Of a DNA stretch of 64,000 bases, positions 1-12,863 are shown piece by piece. The stretch lies in contig JBHGNT010000005.1 in the NCBI GenBank assembly GCA_043228905.1, positions 11,222,001 through 11,286,000 on the forward strand, in the 5' to 3' direction. Within the stretch, counting starts at the first letter, position 1; each line of letters opens with the position of its first letter. Source of the stretch: Azolla caroliniana. Its lineage: Eukaryota; Plantae; Polypodiophyta. Below the pieces are notes generated by a model that had not been told where the DNA came from, did not search any database, and saw only the letters and a program-made list of their open reading frames with translations. Made by a program: the position numbers and the translations under genes.

Positions 1-959
1 CACCTCTCCAATCACACACCCTCACCTATATTTTGTCATTTAAGAATTTCCTTCTTAAGGCTTTTGTTACTTGAGTCACTTTGCGGCGAGGTGTCATCCA
101 TTAGTATCAACATGCTCCCGATGAGGCCCACATGCTAATGATTCCTCTATTTCCTAAACATGAAAGCAATAGATATCAGTTGAGGACTAAGTATGACGGT
201 ACTTTGTCTTTTTCCACTCCAATCTTGTAGGACAATGGCATCACCTTGTGATACTCCTAAGGGCATAACTCATGCATCTAGTGGTGTGACCCCTACGTGT
301 CTCTAGAAATAGCATCATCTTATGCCTAAACAATCATTCGTCATGACATTGAGTCTGAACAAATTATTTGCATGTTGTCAAGTGGGGAGGCATCCAAAAT
401 GTTTCCATGTTTTGAATGAAATGGCCAAGACATGCACACATATGTCTACGAAGTCCATTGCAGATTTGTCCTCCATTCCCCATCGAAAGTACAATAATCA
501 ATTACTAATTGTGCTATTGTGTATTATTGAAAGAAAACACGCTTTATGTTTGTCATAGTTTTGCTTCAACATGTTTACATCCACCTAGGATTGGGCATTT
601 TTTTATCTCATTTGCAAATTTTGTTAGTAGAATTGTATAAGTAGCACAACAAGTAACATCTGTATTGAAATTTGCCCATAACATCCTTTAAGTTTACTCT
701 TGTTTCTAAACTCCAGAAGTTCTTGGCCAACTAATGTACACAAAGGTCCCTTCACCTTTGAGTATTAGATTTTTCCTAGATCCTTGAGATGAAAAAAGAA
801 ACAAATCCATATTGCCTTCTTCAATATGTTCGTCTTTAACTTTGTTGTCAAGTCACATTTTCCTTGGTGCTTTTTCAATGATAAGTGCTTGAAGAGCCAA
901 GAGCCTTGTTTAAGATTTTCTAATCATGTTGTCGGGTGGATTTTGATGTAATCTTTCAC

Positions 960-1570
960 AAACGGCCACTCGAGGATTGGATATTATCAACAATGCTAGC
1001 ATTACAACCTCTCATTCTCGACTAGTTGAAATGGGGTATGACATGTGGAAACTTTGTACAACATGAAGATTGCTCATAAAAACTACATGAAGCTTATGCT
1101 CCCAATCTAACCTCAGCGCAACAATGATTTTTATGAGGATGTTACATAGAATCTTGTTCGACCTCTCGGCCTAACTATTATATGAGCTATAATTCTTGTA
1201 TATTACCATGAATTTCCCAAAAAGGTAAGTGACTACTTAATTTAAGAAGTGAGACCCTTTTCAGTAACTAGTTCTAATGGGTAGCCGAAAAATATGACAA
1301 TATTTTTATAGAACATTTGTTGTGGTTTGAGCTATCATCACTCCTTGCACAATCTTTCTCTTCCACCCATTTGGTGTAGTAATCCATGGTTGTGATGATG
1401 TAGCATGTTCCACTAGAAGTTGGATTGATGGGTCTTACATAATCCATTCCCATTTTTTAAAGGCTTGCTATGCTATGCAAGTTGTACATGGTTTTAATAA
1501 ACTTCAGGTGGATGTTTGTGTCATTTGACATTAGCCACACCTTTTCACATACTTTATGTTCACATTGTAA
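960..1570 (-). pseudogene. Degenerate Ty3/Gypsy integrase fragment
   Basis: Minus-strand reading gives 'MDYVRPINPTSSGTCYIITTMDYYTKWVE' (~1450-1360) and 'TCHTPFQLV' (~1045-1020), like the integrase core of element G in this window; many stops and frameshifts; boundaries approximate. Confidence 0.65.
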
Positions 1571-2669
1571 AAATTTATTCGTTGTCCAAAAGCATAAATT
1601 TAAGACATTTTCATAAATCCATATAATATTATAGATGTCATGTATGTTTTTAATAGCTTGCTATAATAATAATAATGTAACATTTACTCACATATCCCCA
1701 AAACATTGTAGATAGTTGATGAAATCCACCGTAGGAAAAAAAATACTAACTCCATAGACCCATATAATATTATAGAAAGATGAACACATATATTATGGCG
1801 TATTCAGTGATCAACCTTACACATATTGTTGTCAATGACCCAATCCTTTTATTTTAGATACCCCTCCAAGCTTCAAACCATTCTCTCCACGTAACCTCTT
1901 CAAAATCAATCTCAATAAACTTAAAATTTTAAAAGAGTTGGTTTTGACCTTATTCATCATAGACAACCATCTTTCACTTACAAATTACAAATTACAAATT
2001 ACAATTGAAGATAGTGGCAAAACATACAAAGACTATACACCATAGTTCCATTATCCATGGAAAAGACTACTCCTAATCATCATGGTTACAACTAGCTTTC
2101 CAAGACTCATGCATGTTTTTATCTCTTGAGATCATTTCGTCTCCTCATAATGAAATTTTGTTTTTATCCTTTCAAAAAAGATTGCATACACTTGTACCCA
2201 TGCTTTTGTATATATATCTAATTTGTGCATATCTTTATCATAATACTTTGGACAAAAATAATTTACAACAAAAATGTCAAAGTCACTTTTGAAAGCGGCT
2301 ACAGAATATTGTAACCAACTGTCTTACATAAATTTGACATACATAGATCAATCAAGCATCTACCATTTTATGCATTTCAGGCATATTCACATCATCACCT
2401 TTATATATTAAATCTAAATGCAAGTGATGGTAGTGTAAAATGCCTTCAAAATCAACAAAAGCCATGAATGCATTCTTGTTAATTACCTTTCTTATGAAAG
2501 ATTAAATATGAAATACATGTAAAGCAAATGTATAACTAAAGCATGAGAAAAGGGAAGTTCCATAAATTTAGTTGAGATCCTCTCCAAAGCCTGTAACATT
2601 TGGAGGCACCTCTTGAATTTACATCAGAAAAATAACATAACAAAAGTTGCACCTTATAATGAGTTAATA

Positions 2670-3599
2670 TTGATGTTGTCTATTTTTATTTTTTATTTTA
2701 TTTCCAAAAAGATTTCCTTCATTAGTATTAAGTAAAAACGCCATAAGGCTACAAACTGTACAATTTAGAGAGTATTATATACAAAAAGGATAATCAGGGG
2801 AAGGGCCAGGGATGATGATATTTCCAAATTGGTCCTTGAGAGGAGATCGTGAATAGAGGCAACTTCCTCCATAACTGCTGTAATTTTTTCCTTTTCTTAA
2901 GAACAACCTCCGAAAGGCCCGACATATTGTCATACTACCCACGCACTACCGCTAGTAAGTTGTCCCATAATTCTAGCAATATATCTGAGAGAAGGGGATC
3001 TATGGAATCATATCGTCTTTTACATTGATACTTCCATAAGGTTCATAATGTAACCGTGGATACTGTTTTCCATACTTGGGTTGCACGCATTTGCTTTCGA
3101 GGCTGCTGAAAAGGCGAGACATATATTAGATGCCTGTTGATGACAGTCTTAGCCTCTAGAGCATCATCTGCCTCATACAATAAGAGACTAAAATGAAGAA
3201 CCCCCCATACCGTTGATCCCCAGGAGAATAGGCAACCTACATTAATTGTCAGGAATAAAGAAAGAACTTTATTCCATACCTGTTGAGCTAGTGAACAGGA
3301 CCAGAGAGCATGCTTGGTAGTTTCCTGGAAGTCACCACAATAACTACATTGTCTAAGAACGGGTGCCACGTTTCCTTTCAAAGATTGACCTACCGGTAGT
3401 GCTGCATGTAGCAAAAGCCATCTGAAGAGAGTGTATTTTGTTGGTCCCCTAAAAGACCAAATCCATTTCCAATAAGCCTTCAAATGACTGCTTGATACAC
3501 CCCAATTATTCCAGTGCTTTTGAGCCGCAGGAGTTGGAATATTCTTAGACATGAGTAAGGTTCTACCAAATTTCATAGTATTTTGATGTTGTCTATTTT
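2670..3599 (-). mobile_element. 5'-truncated LINE (L1-like) 3' end with zf-RVT region and 17-bp TSD
   Basis: ORF 3043-3576 has the LINE ORF2 C-terminal motif (WKWIW...FRWLLLHAALP...CSYC...ETTKHALWSC...QVW); direct repeat TTGATGTTGTCTATTTT at 2670-2686 and 3583-3599; T-rich tract at 2683-2703 is the A-rich tail on the minus strand. Confidence 0.85.
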
Positions 3600-5361
3600 A
3601 ATTTGTTATAGTATAGACAATAGAGTCCTACATAACTCTCTAACAAAGACTTTACATGTCATGTGACATTTTCAAAGGTCTTCAATGTGTGGATAGTCAT
3701 CAAATCCTAATGTTGAACTCATGAACAATGTCCTTGGTATTTTTATTCATTGTAAAAGGATAAAGATATTTTTAGTTTGTGGCCTTGCATATTATTAGTT
3801 AGTATTTTTAGGGAAATGCCTTTATAAATCTAACCTACACCCAATTGTTGCAATTTGCATGGCAACACACTTTACACAACGTCAACTATTTACATCCATC
3901 ATGTACAGAGTACCGAATAGGATGAGCAAAGTTTAGATGCTAGCACAAAAAAAGTTGCATCAACTAATTAGAAACACCCCAAATTGCGATGACAAATTCT
4001 TTTAGTTTTGATGGTCTTATCAAGTTAGTTTATGTGCCCCACTTACCAAAAGTAAGGGGTTGTCCAATGATCAATTAGAAAAAATTAAAATGATTCAATA
4101 ACAAAGGCAATCAAAAGATATGAAAAATCAACTACATATGTTTGTATGTAATATGAATTCAAAGGTTTGATTCTTTACTTTCAAAAGTACACATACATGT
4201 TTAGTTGAAGTTAGAGTTTCCAATGAAAATTTGCATTAACCAAATAACTAAGCCTTTGATTAGAGTTGAATCAAATATCTATTATACTCTTTGTGTACAT
4301 TAGAAGCACAACTAGGAATTTGAAATTCTACTCTATGAATCCATCAATTAAGATATCTCATCCAGCTTTTGAGGCATCTCAATCACTCTGTGAATCCGAA
4401 GATACTAGCTTTTGGTATAATAACCTACAGGATAGATAAAATTTTAATCTCACGAGAACCATGATAAAGTGATACACTAAGAAATATGGCAAATTCATAC
4501 TCAACATAGATGATTCAACCCACTAGAGTCACTCCCATCAAAAAGGTTTTACTATATGAACTAGTGGCAAACACCCTTGGATATCGAGCTTCAAAGTCAA
4601 TGGTTATCGTGCAAAAGACATTAAGAAGATAAGGGAATGTGATTTACCCCACCTAGAAGCTATGGTCGAGATACCATCTATGGGCCACATCCGCATCGTA
4701 ACCCTTTAAACCCTCACTCCTTTTCGAGAGACTTGGATGGAAATGAAACTAGTCTTAGCACATAGCCATGCCTTTATAGAATATGCTACACCCCATAATA
4801 TTTTTGTACCACGCTAAAACTCTTTTATTTATGTTCATTTTAGTTTTGATGATTGAAATTTGATACACATCCCATTATTGTATGCTTTTGCTTGGAGAGA
4901 TGGCCGAGAGGTATCTATTAGGAGCCAACTCGAAATGTTTAGTGCCAATTCCCTTTCAATGCTACCCAAAAATGAGATTATTGTTGTATTTGAGTTTGAG
5001 TCTCCAATCATTGTCACATGGGCCAAATCATTGTCATATGGGCCAAATTTGGTCTTAGAAGACATTAATATTTCTTTCTTTCGTTTGGAGTACTCTAAGT
5101 AAGGCAAAGTCACTTTCTAATTATATAGAAACTAATATTTAAATGTTATAGTTAATAAAAAATATTTCCTACTTATTATAAAATTAGATTTTCACAATGT
5201 AACATATATTTTGTCAAGTATAATGATGTGCTTATTCTTATTTTTTGTGTGATTGTGAACCTTTATTACACTTAGGATTCTATCACTAATTCTAAAAATG
5301 AGCGAAAGCTTTTTAATATAAGCACGATACAAAGTAATGGAAATCCACATACACACTACGA

Positions 5362-7416
5362 TTAAGTTGTAGTAGCATGGTTGGTTTGTGGATTGGCATG
5401 TAGAGTTATAAATTTGGCATATATGTCCTGGGCATAGAACCTCTTTGTTCTCATGACCAAAAAGACAGATATAAAGCTCCCTGCTGCACTCACGATAGTC
5501 ATAATCAAGAATGTCATTCGAAAGCATTGCCACCCATTACACACGAGCTCCGTGACCATAGTGGATGACCCTGACAGGAGCAATGCGTCTGTTTGTCGCT
5601 TGGCCTCCTTATCATACAAATAGCCGGCCACTTTAACATTGAGCAAATATGAGCCCAATGGGCTAGCGATACCACCAACATTGTACAAAGTTGCGTAGTA
5701 TTTAAGCCCAAAAAGCTCGGAAACAATAGCATATAAAAGAGGCCATTGAGCTCCAAAGCATAGGCCTATCACAACTGATGCAATGTATAGTGTTCCGGGA
5801 CCAGGGAAAGCTATCATGATATGACCAACACATGCTACTGCCATGACGATTGTAAGACCAAGCGTCCTCGGGAATCGATACCTTTGGAGTAAATACTCGG
5901 ACAAGAATCCTGCAATCACTCGACCTAAGAAGTTCCATATACTTATCAATGATACACATGTGCTGATGCTTACCGTGGAGTACCCAAGGGATGCCCCGAT
6001 CTGGCCCATGTTATCGATAGCTGTGAGAGTGGCCCCTATCCCACACGTGATAGAAACAAACAGTATCCACATGTCGAGGCTTAGAATCGCCTGTGGAATA
6101 GTGAAATCGTCGCCTCTCTCGGGCCAAGTCTTCGCACTGAAGAATGACCTCACCCTCGATGTGAAATGGGCACATGTGGAATGCTTGGTTGGAATGTGAA
6201 TAATATTAGCACCATCGCGATTACCGTGGTCGTGGTCATGGTCATGGTCATGGTGCTCATTGGACATGGCCTTGCTCATCACACCATTATCATTGTTATC
6301 CTCGAACCTTACCACTATTGTGGATGGGCCTCCTTCCTTCTCCTTGTCTCCTTCCTTGCACTCCTCACTCTCAGACCTGCTGCTAACAACGCCGCCTTGA
6401 GGAGGTTGGTTTGAGGATGAAGTGTCCAGCAGCAGCAGCTCCACTCCTGCCCCCTCCTCTAGGCGATGGCGGTGACCTGCACTTCCGCTTCCGCTTCTGC
6501 TTAAAGGCTGGGGGGGGTTAAGTACCAGCGGTGTTTTGAGGTGCAGCGCAGCAGACACGTCCTTCTCGACTTGGACTGCCACCAACACGTTGGCTGCAAC
6601 TAAGAGCAGCGTGACAGCTCCCATAGCTTTGTAGACAACAGCAGAGACGGGGAAGACGTTCTCTATGATGATGATGAGCATGAGGAAGGCAGCCAGCAGC
6701 AGGGCGAGGTAGAGGAAGGAGAAGAAGTACTTGTCGTGAGCTTTGTCCATGACGGGTGTGGTGGGGCGGATGAGGAACATGAAGAGCAGCGTGATGGCCG
6801 TGGGAAGCACCCCTATGAGCAGGATGATGCCCCTCGTGTCCTGCCCATATATGGCGTGATAGATCTGGGTGAAGATGGCCCCACTCAGCCCTACACAGCC
6901 TTTCACCAGCCCCAACACCACACCCCGGCTCTGCGGGAAATTCTTCACGCAATTCACTAGCACCCCCGTGTTGGCGAACGTCTGCGAATTCGCCCCGATG
7001 CATATGTACAAGTACATTTGGCCCGGTGTCGGAGGGCCCATCCGGTGCGTCACCGCCATCCATATCATGAGATACCCGAAAACGTTCATGCCTGCCCCTA
7101 TGGCCAGCACCACCCATGGTGGGGCAACCTCGTTGATCAACCCTGACACTATCCCCACGTTCGCCCCTAGATCTTTGAAGAAACTTAGGGTGTCTATGGT
7201 TTGTTGGTTATAATGGAGCGCGGATTTGATCGCGCCCGAGTAGATCCCGAAGATGTACGTAGCCCCCGAGAAGAACAAGATATACAAGGAGACGACCACC
7301 ACCATCCATCTGCCTTTACCAAGTTGCCACACAAATTGGGCTAGGCTTTCATTCTTCATATTCATCTTCTTGTTGTTAATCGAGTCCATGGTCTTCTTCT
7401 GGTTGGGTTGCATCAA
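5362..7416 (-). CDS. Nodulin-like / NFD4-like major facilitator superfamily (MFS) transporter, 684 aa, intronless
   Basis: Uninterrupted ORF with family motifs GATYIFGIYS, FFKDLGANVG, NFPQSRGVVLGL, DNMGQIG, SLISIWNFLGR, SELFGLKYY; two hydrophobic multi-helix halves joined by a long hydrophilic loop. Confidence 0.93.
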   Translation of the reverse strand: MMQPNQKKTMDSINNKKMNMKNESLAQFVWQLGKGRWMVVVVSLYILFFSGATYIFGIYSGAIKSALHYNQQTIDTLSFFKDLGANVGIVSGLINEVAPPWVVLAIGAGMNVFGYLMIWMAVTHRMGPPTPGQMYLYICIGANSQTFANTGVLVNCVKNFPQSRGVVLGLVKGCVGLSGAIFTQIYHAIYGQDTRGIILLIGVLPTAITLLFMFLIRPTTPVMDKAHDKYFFSFLYLALLLAAFLMLIIIIENVFPVSAVVYKAMGAVTLLLVAANVLVAVQVEKDVSAALHLKTPLVLNPPQPLSRSGSGSAGHRHRLEEGAGVELLLLDTSSSNQPPQGGVVSSRSESEECKEGDKEKEGGPSTIVVRFEDNNDNGVMSKAMSNEHHDHDHDHDHGNRDGANIIHIPTKHSTCAHFTSRVRSFFSAKTWPERGDDFTIPQAILSLDMWILFVSITCGIGATLTAIDNMGQIGASLGYSTVSISTCVSLISIWNFLGRVIAGFLSEYLLQRYRFPRTLGLTIVMAVACVGHIMIAFPGPGTLYIASVVIGLCFGAQWPLLYAIVSELFGLKYYATLYNVGGIASPLGSYLLNVKVAGYLYDKEAKRQTDALLLSGSSTMVTELVCNGWQCFRMTFLIMTIVSAAGSFISVFLVMRTKRFYAQDIYAKFITLHANPQTNHATTT

Positions 7417-7499
7417 ACAAGGGTGCTAGTAGTATAGTCAAGAAGCATGCTTGAATGAAGAATATGATAACTTTACATGTGCTATGTTCTACTTTGTGT

Positions 7500-8345
7500 G
7501 TAGCTCCCCCAAGATTCGTGTTAGAAATCTTAGGCCATGGTCCTAGTTATATATTTACATGTATATTTTATGTCTTGCATCCATTGTCGGAAGACTAATG
7601 TGAATATACTAGATAATATTGACCCCAATTGGCAAGAGAGCGTAGAATTCTCTTTTGAATGTTTAATTAGATATCGACATGGTCCCTTTATTTGACAAAA
7701 TATTAGCCTATCTCCATTCATATGTCAGGGGCGGTTTGTAGTGCATAGATCAAGATAGAGCTTGAATGAATGGACCCTCCACCCTCTACTATGTGTGGGT
7801 GTGTGTCATAAATCTTCAACAATCACACATACATAGGAAGCATATATGTATATACTTCCTATTGATAAATGTTGCCTAGGCACATCAACAACTCTTTATC
7901 GAAGGAAAATTGCATCCCTCCCAAACTAGATATTTGTTAAGAACATCCCTCTATATTTATAAATATCGAAAAGCTGACATAAATTAATGAAGGTTGTCAT
8001 GAAACTTGAGCCACTCTTTTGAAAGCATAGGAAATTACTCCCAAGAACTAATGTCTCAAAACGACACATCCGACAAGCACATTTTTTCTCGTTCAATAAC
8101 TTGATAATGTTGAATGTTACTCGGTAATAGAACATGTCCATTTGTCTAAGGTTCTCTTACTGATGTACCGTTTTCTTGGGAGATTTATGTTAGAATCTTA
8201 TCTTGAAAGAAAAAGTATCCAAAGCTTGACTTGTGATTGAAATCCATTTTCTCCAACTTTCCTCTTCAAATTGAAAAAGTGCTCAAGGTTTTATGACCGC
8301 TCACAAAGGCACGTGAATGTAGTTTTCATTGCATACACGTATACT

Positions 8346-8410
<65 letters not shown>

Positions 8411-9198
8411 AGTGAAGGTACAACTTGTTTTATTAGAAAATGTTTGAATGATCAATCATCAAGCATAACAATATTTACAATTATTTGACTAACCGCATTA
8501 GTGATTGAATCCTCATTGAATTTTCTCTAACAAAAAGGAAAGTGGTTTACACATCATCTCAATGACATACGAATCCACCCTCAATCTTGCATAATCTCTT
8601 CGGATGATAAATAGAATGTCCAAATTTGGCACATACACATAATGTTAAAACCACCAATTCACTAGATGTTTGGTACAAAATGGGCCAATATCTTGAAGCC
8701 AATCTGAGTAAAGGAACCCTCCCACACAAATTAAAGATAAAATTGTGCCATTTTTAGACCATTGAATTGCTTGTACTTTAGTTTTACACATTGCCAAGTC
8801 ATAATTTGTCGCATTGGTGAAACCAAACCACATCATCAACTTGGAAATCCTAATCAAATGTATGATATAAATCCACATTATCTTTGTGTCATTTCTAAAG
8901 TCCACCTAGTTCTAATGTAAAGTATACATGTGTTGCTTCAAGAAACATACAAGATCATCAGTAGGAGGGTATACTAAACCTATTTGGATATCTAGGCTAA
9001 ATCAAGGGTAGGAAACATAAATATAAGAGTGAGTTTTTGTTCAAGATATGTGTCATGGTCAACTCACAGATATATCTAATGTAAGCATGAATTTCAGGAA
9101 ATAGATAAGAAAATAAAGGGAGAAAGAGAGAAAGAAGGGTGCCGATCCACACAACCACATTGGGACGGATTTGATCCCTTAATGGCATCCCATACCAC
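7500..9198. repeat. Copy 1 of a ~1.7 kb direct duplication (upstream region of the MFS gene)
   Basis: Collinear similarity with ~10995-12636, e.g. GCATCCATTGTCGGAAGACTAATGTGAATATACTAGATAA, CTCGGTAATAGAACATGTCCATTTGTCTAAGGTTCTCTTACT and GATTTGATCCCTTAATGGCATCCCATACCAC in both. Confidence 0.9.
8344..8407. repeat. (CT)n microsatellite
   Basis: Direct reading; the duplicate copy has a shorter (CT)(CA)(CG) tract at ~11783-11827. Confidence 0.95.
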
Positions 9199-10279
9199 TG
9201 TTATTAAAAGTGGAGTGTGGAAGGGGGGAAAAAACGTGGAGCATGCTAAAATAAAAACCACTCACAATATATTGGTGATTGAGCCTCTGGAATCCTGTAA
9301 AAGGGTGAAGACAACTCATTGTTAGGGGGAGAAGTTAGAGACAAGGTAGAAGTGTTGTTGAATTCTAGAGAGAGACCAAGCGTTGCAAATCATGAGGCCA
9401 TGCAAGATCAATGTTAACAAAGTGTGACGTGGCCATTGTTCGTTGAGACGTTGCACCAAAACTCTAAGATATCCCCCCAAAGCTCTACTCGTGATTATCA
9501 TCTTTGTTTACTCCTATCTTCTTCCAAATCCTTCTTTTATCTCTTGTTCACTCCATGTAATGGAGCTGAGAATTTTCTCATTGTACTTTCACACTGTCTT
9601 AAACTTACCATTGGTTACAAATTTTATTATAATATATATTTTGCATTTTTTGTTTGGAAATTCTTGTTTGAGTATCTGGTACAAAGACTTCACCATGAGG
9701 ATCGTGTTTGAATTTTCGACTCGAAATTCCGAGCTTGGGACATAAAATTACTTGAATTTTGGTGATAGCGGCATAAAACAAATCACAAAATTGTCTTGCT
9801 AGGAAATCCATCATGCCCTATGAAGCCTTCGTCATGAGGATTGCGATGATTTTTTCAGATTCTAATTCCGATCTCCGAGCACTACGAAACGTCTTCTTGT
9901 AACATTTTTTGATGCCAGGAGTTGAACCCAGCACGCCGGCCAAAACCGACACTTCCTCTACTAGACGGTGCTTAAGGATAGATCAAAATTATGAAAACTT
10001 ATCTCGTTTATTTAAGTACTTTTCGTGCTCTTCCTAAAGGCCACAAATGTAATTAAAGAACTTATCTAGGTTTTTCTTTATTTACCTTTCGTGCCATCCC
10101 ACGAGGATATCAAAACTAAATGAAGGGCATGAAATATAATTAACTAATTATAATTATAACAACAATAATAATAGAAATAAAAACAACAACAACAATAATA
10201 TTTAATAAAGTATAATAAACTACGTTTGAGCCCTCAAGACTCGAGGGCTCTAAATTCGAGTGACTTCCTATATATATGG

Positions 10280-10973
10280 TCACAAAGAGTCTACTTCTTG
10301 GGATGATTTTCAGATGCTCAACACCATAGATAGCTATGTTGTGGTGGATAACATGCATCAAATCACTTAACTCAGAAGTTTGACATGTGATTGGAAAAGA
10401 TAATGCTATGGCTTATATGTTGTCTAGAGATAGGTACCAAGAGGAAATTGAGGATTCGGTGGATAATGCAGAGGAACTTGACTTTTTCAAGACAGATCTC
10501 GCAACCACTGAAAGAAATAGTGAAGGTACATATTCTATGTTCAATGAAGATGAATATGAAGGGGATTGATTACTTATAGGATGATTCTTGAGTAGGTTGA
10601 CGACAAATCTATCATGGATGAAGGAAGAGGCTCAAAGGATTTGGAAGAAGGTGTATAAATATTTCCTTCAAGGACGAGATCTTTTAAAGCATCCTAAGAA
10701 GAGGACAAACACATCGTTGAGAATAGTTTGCAAGAAAGAAGACAAAAGAAAATTGGTATTTGAGTATCATGAAGGTCCTTGGGAAGGGCATAGAGGTGTT
10801 TGGGTGACATTCTCTAAAATAAAAGGGAAGTATTGGTGGCCAAGGCACAGCTTGTTGGAACGTGTGAAAGTTGTTAGATGTACTTTAAATGGATGGTAGA
10901 CTTGGTAACAATGCCAATAGAACTGGGTAAGATGAAATACTTCATACTTGCACGAGAAGACCTCATAAACCAA
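10280..10973 (+). pseudogene. Degenerate RNase H-integrase fragment of the element B lineage
   Basis: 'HVIGKDNAMAYMLSR', 'HRGVWVTFSKIKGKYWW' and 'FKWMVDLVTMP...AREDLINQ' align by eye with element B pol (HISGKDNAVADMLSR, HRGTWATFVKIKQKYWW, FKWMVDIVAMP...AREDLTNQ). Confidence 0.8.
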
Positions 10974-10994
10974 TGTACTATACTTGATGCCAAT

Positions 10995-11782
10995 GTAACT
11001 CCCAGAAAATTGGTGTTAGAAATCATAGGCCATGGCCATAGTTATATATATACATGTATCTTTATGCATGCATCCATTGTCGGAAGACTAATGTGAATAT
11101 ACTAGATAAAATTGACCTAAATTGGTAAGAGAGCAAAGAGTTCTCCTTTGAATGTTGAATTAGATATCGAAGTGGTCCTTTTATTCGACAAAATATTACC
11201 CTATCCCCATTTATATATCAAGGGCAGTTTGTAGTGCATAGATAAAGATAGAGCTTGAATAGATGAACCCTCTCCCCACTATTATGTGTGTATGCATTAT
11301 AAATCTTCAACAATCACACATAAATAGGAAACATATATATACTTCTTATTGATAAATGTATCCTAGGCATATCAACAACGCTTTGTCGAAGGAAAATGGT
11401 TTCCCTCTCAAACTAGAGATTGATTAAAAACATCCCTCTATATTTATAAATATAAAAAGGCTGACATTAATTAATGAAGGTAGTCATGAAACTTGAGCCA
11501 CTCCTTTGAAAGCATAGGAAATTACTCCAAAGAACTAGTGTCTCAAAAATGACACATCCTACAAACACATTTTTTCTCGTTCAATAACTTGATAATGTTG
11601 AATCTTACTCGGTAATAGAACATGTCCATTTGTCTAAGGTTCTCTTACTTATGCATCGTTTTCTTGGGAGGTTTACGTTAGAATCTTATCCTTGAATTGT
11701 TTTTTTCCAAATCTTGACTTAATTGTTTATTATGACCACTCACAAAGGAACTTGAATGTAGTCTTCATTACATACACGTATA

Positions 11783-11819
<37 letters not shown>

Positions 11820-12636
11820 GCGCGCGCATTCACTAGTAAAGGTATATCTTGTTTTATTAGAAAACGTTTGAATTATAATGAATCAAGCATAATAAATAAT
11901 TATAAGTATTTCTTTCTGGGACCCTCAACCTTGTTTAACTAACCTCATTGAATTTTCTCTAGCAAAAAGGAAACTGGTTTATACATCATCTCAACAACAT
12001 ATGAATGGACTCTTGAGCTTGCATAATCTCTTTGGATAATAAATGGATTGTCCAAATTTGGCGCATACAAATAATGTTAAAACCACTAATTCTCTAGATG
12101 TTTGGTACAAAATGTGTCAACATTTTAAAGCCAACCCAAATAAAAAAACTCTCCCGATAGGAACCCTCCCACACAAAGGAAAGAAATTTTTTTGTTGCAT
12201 GTTTAGACCACATAATTGTGGCTAAGTGATAATTTGTCGCATTGGTGAAACCAAACTGCATCATCAACATGGAAATCCTAATCAAATGTATGATATAAAT
12301 CCACATTATCTTTGTGTCATTTCTCAAGTCTAGCTAGTTCTAATGTTAAGTCTACATGTGTTGCTTCTAAGAGACATACAAGATCATCAATAGAAGGGTA
12401 TACCAAACCTATCTGGATGTCTAGGTTGAATCAAGGGTATGAAACATAAATTCACATAGAATAGTGAGTTTTTGTTCACGGCATGTGTCATGGATATATC
12501 TAATGTAAGCATGAATATAAGGAAATAGATAAGAAAATAAAGAGGCAAAGAGAGAAAGAAGGGTGCTGATCTGCTCGACCACCCCCTAGAGAATGAATTG
12601 AGGGGGATTTGATCCCTTAATGGCATCCCATACCAC
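10995..12636. repeat. Copy 2 of the ~1.7 kb direct duplication (no CDS attached)
   Basis: See copy 1; the left end abuts the Gypsy pol fragment instead of the MFS CDS. Confidence 0.9.
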
Positions 12637-12863
12637 CGCATATGGGCTTCGCGTTGTGCTTGATACTGGAGCGCTCTAACCACAAGATCACTGTCTCGAC
12701 GTAGTCGACCCTTTCCTTATGAGGTTAGCTAGGTCTCGTAGTTATAACATGACCCAAGGTTCCTTGGCAAGTTTGCACTTGACCCTTAATGGTTGTCCAA
12801 ATCCATAGGATTTAAAGTACTCCTCCTATCTTTACATTCTCAATTGTTAGAGCTTGATCCTAA

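Noticed and set aside
3620-5110. Possible very old Gypsy gag-protease remnant
   Set aside because: Too decayed to support with motifs by eye
5514-7213. Alternative-frame and antisense ORFs over the MFS gene (and similar ones over pol genes)
   Set aside because: Shadow ORFs of GC-rich coding sequence with no independent motifs
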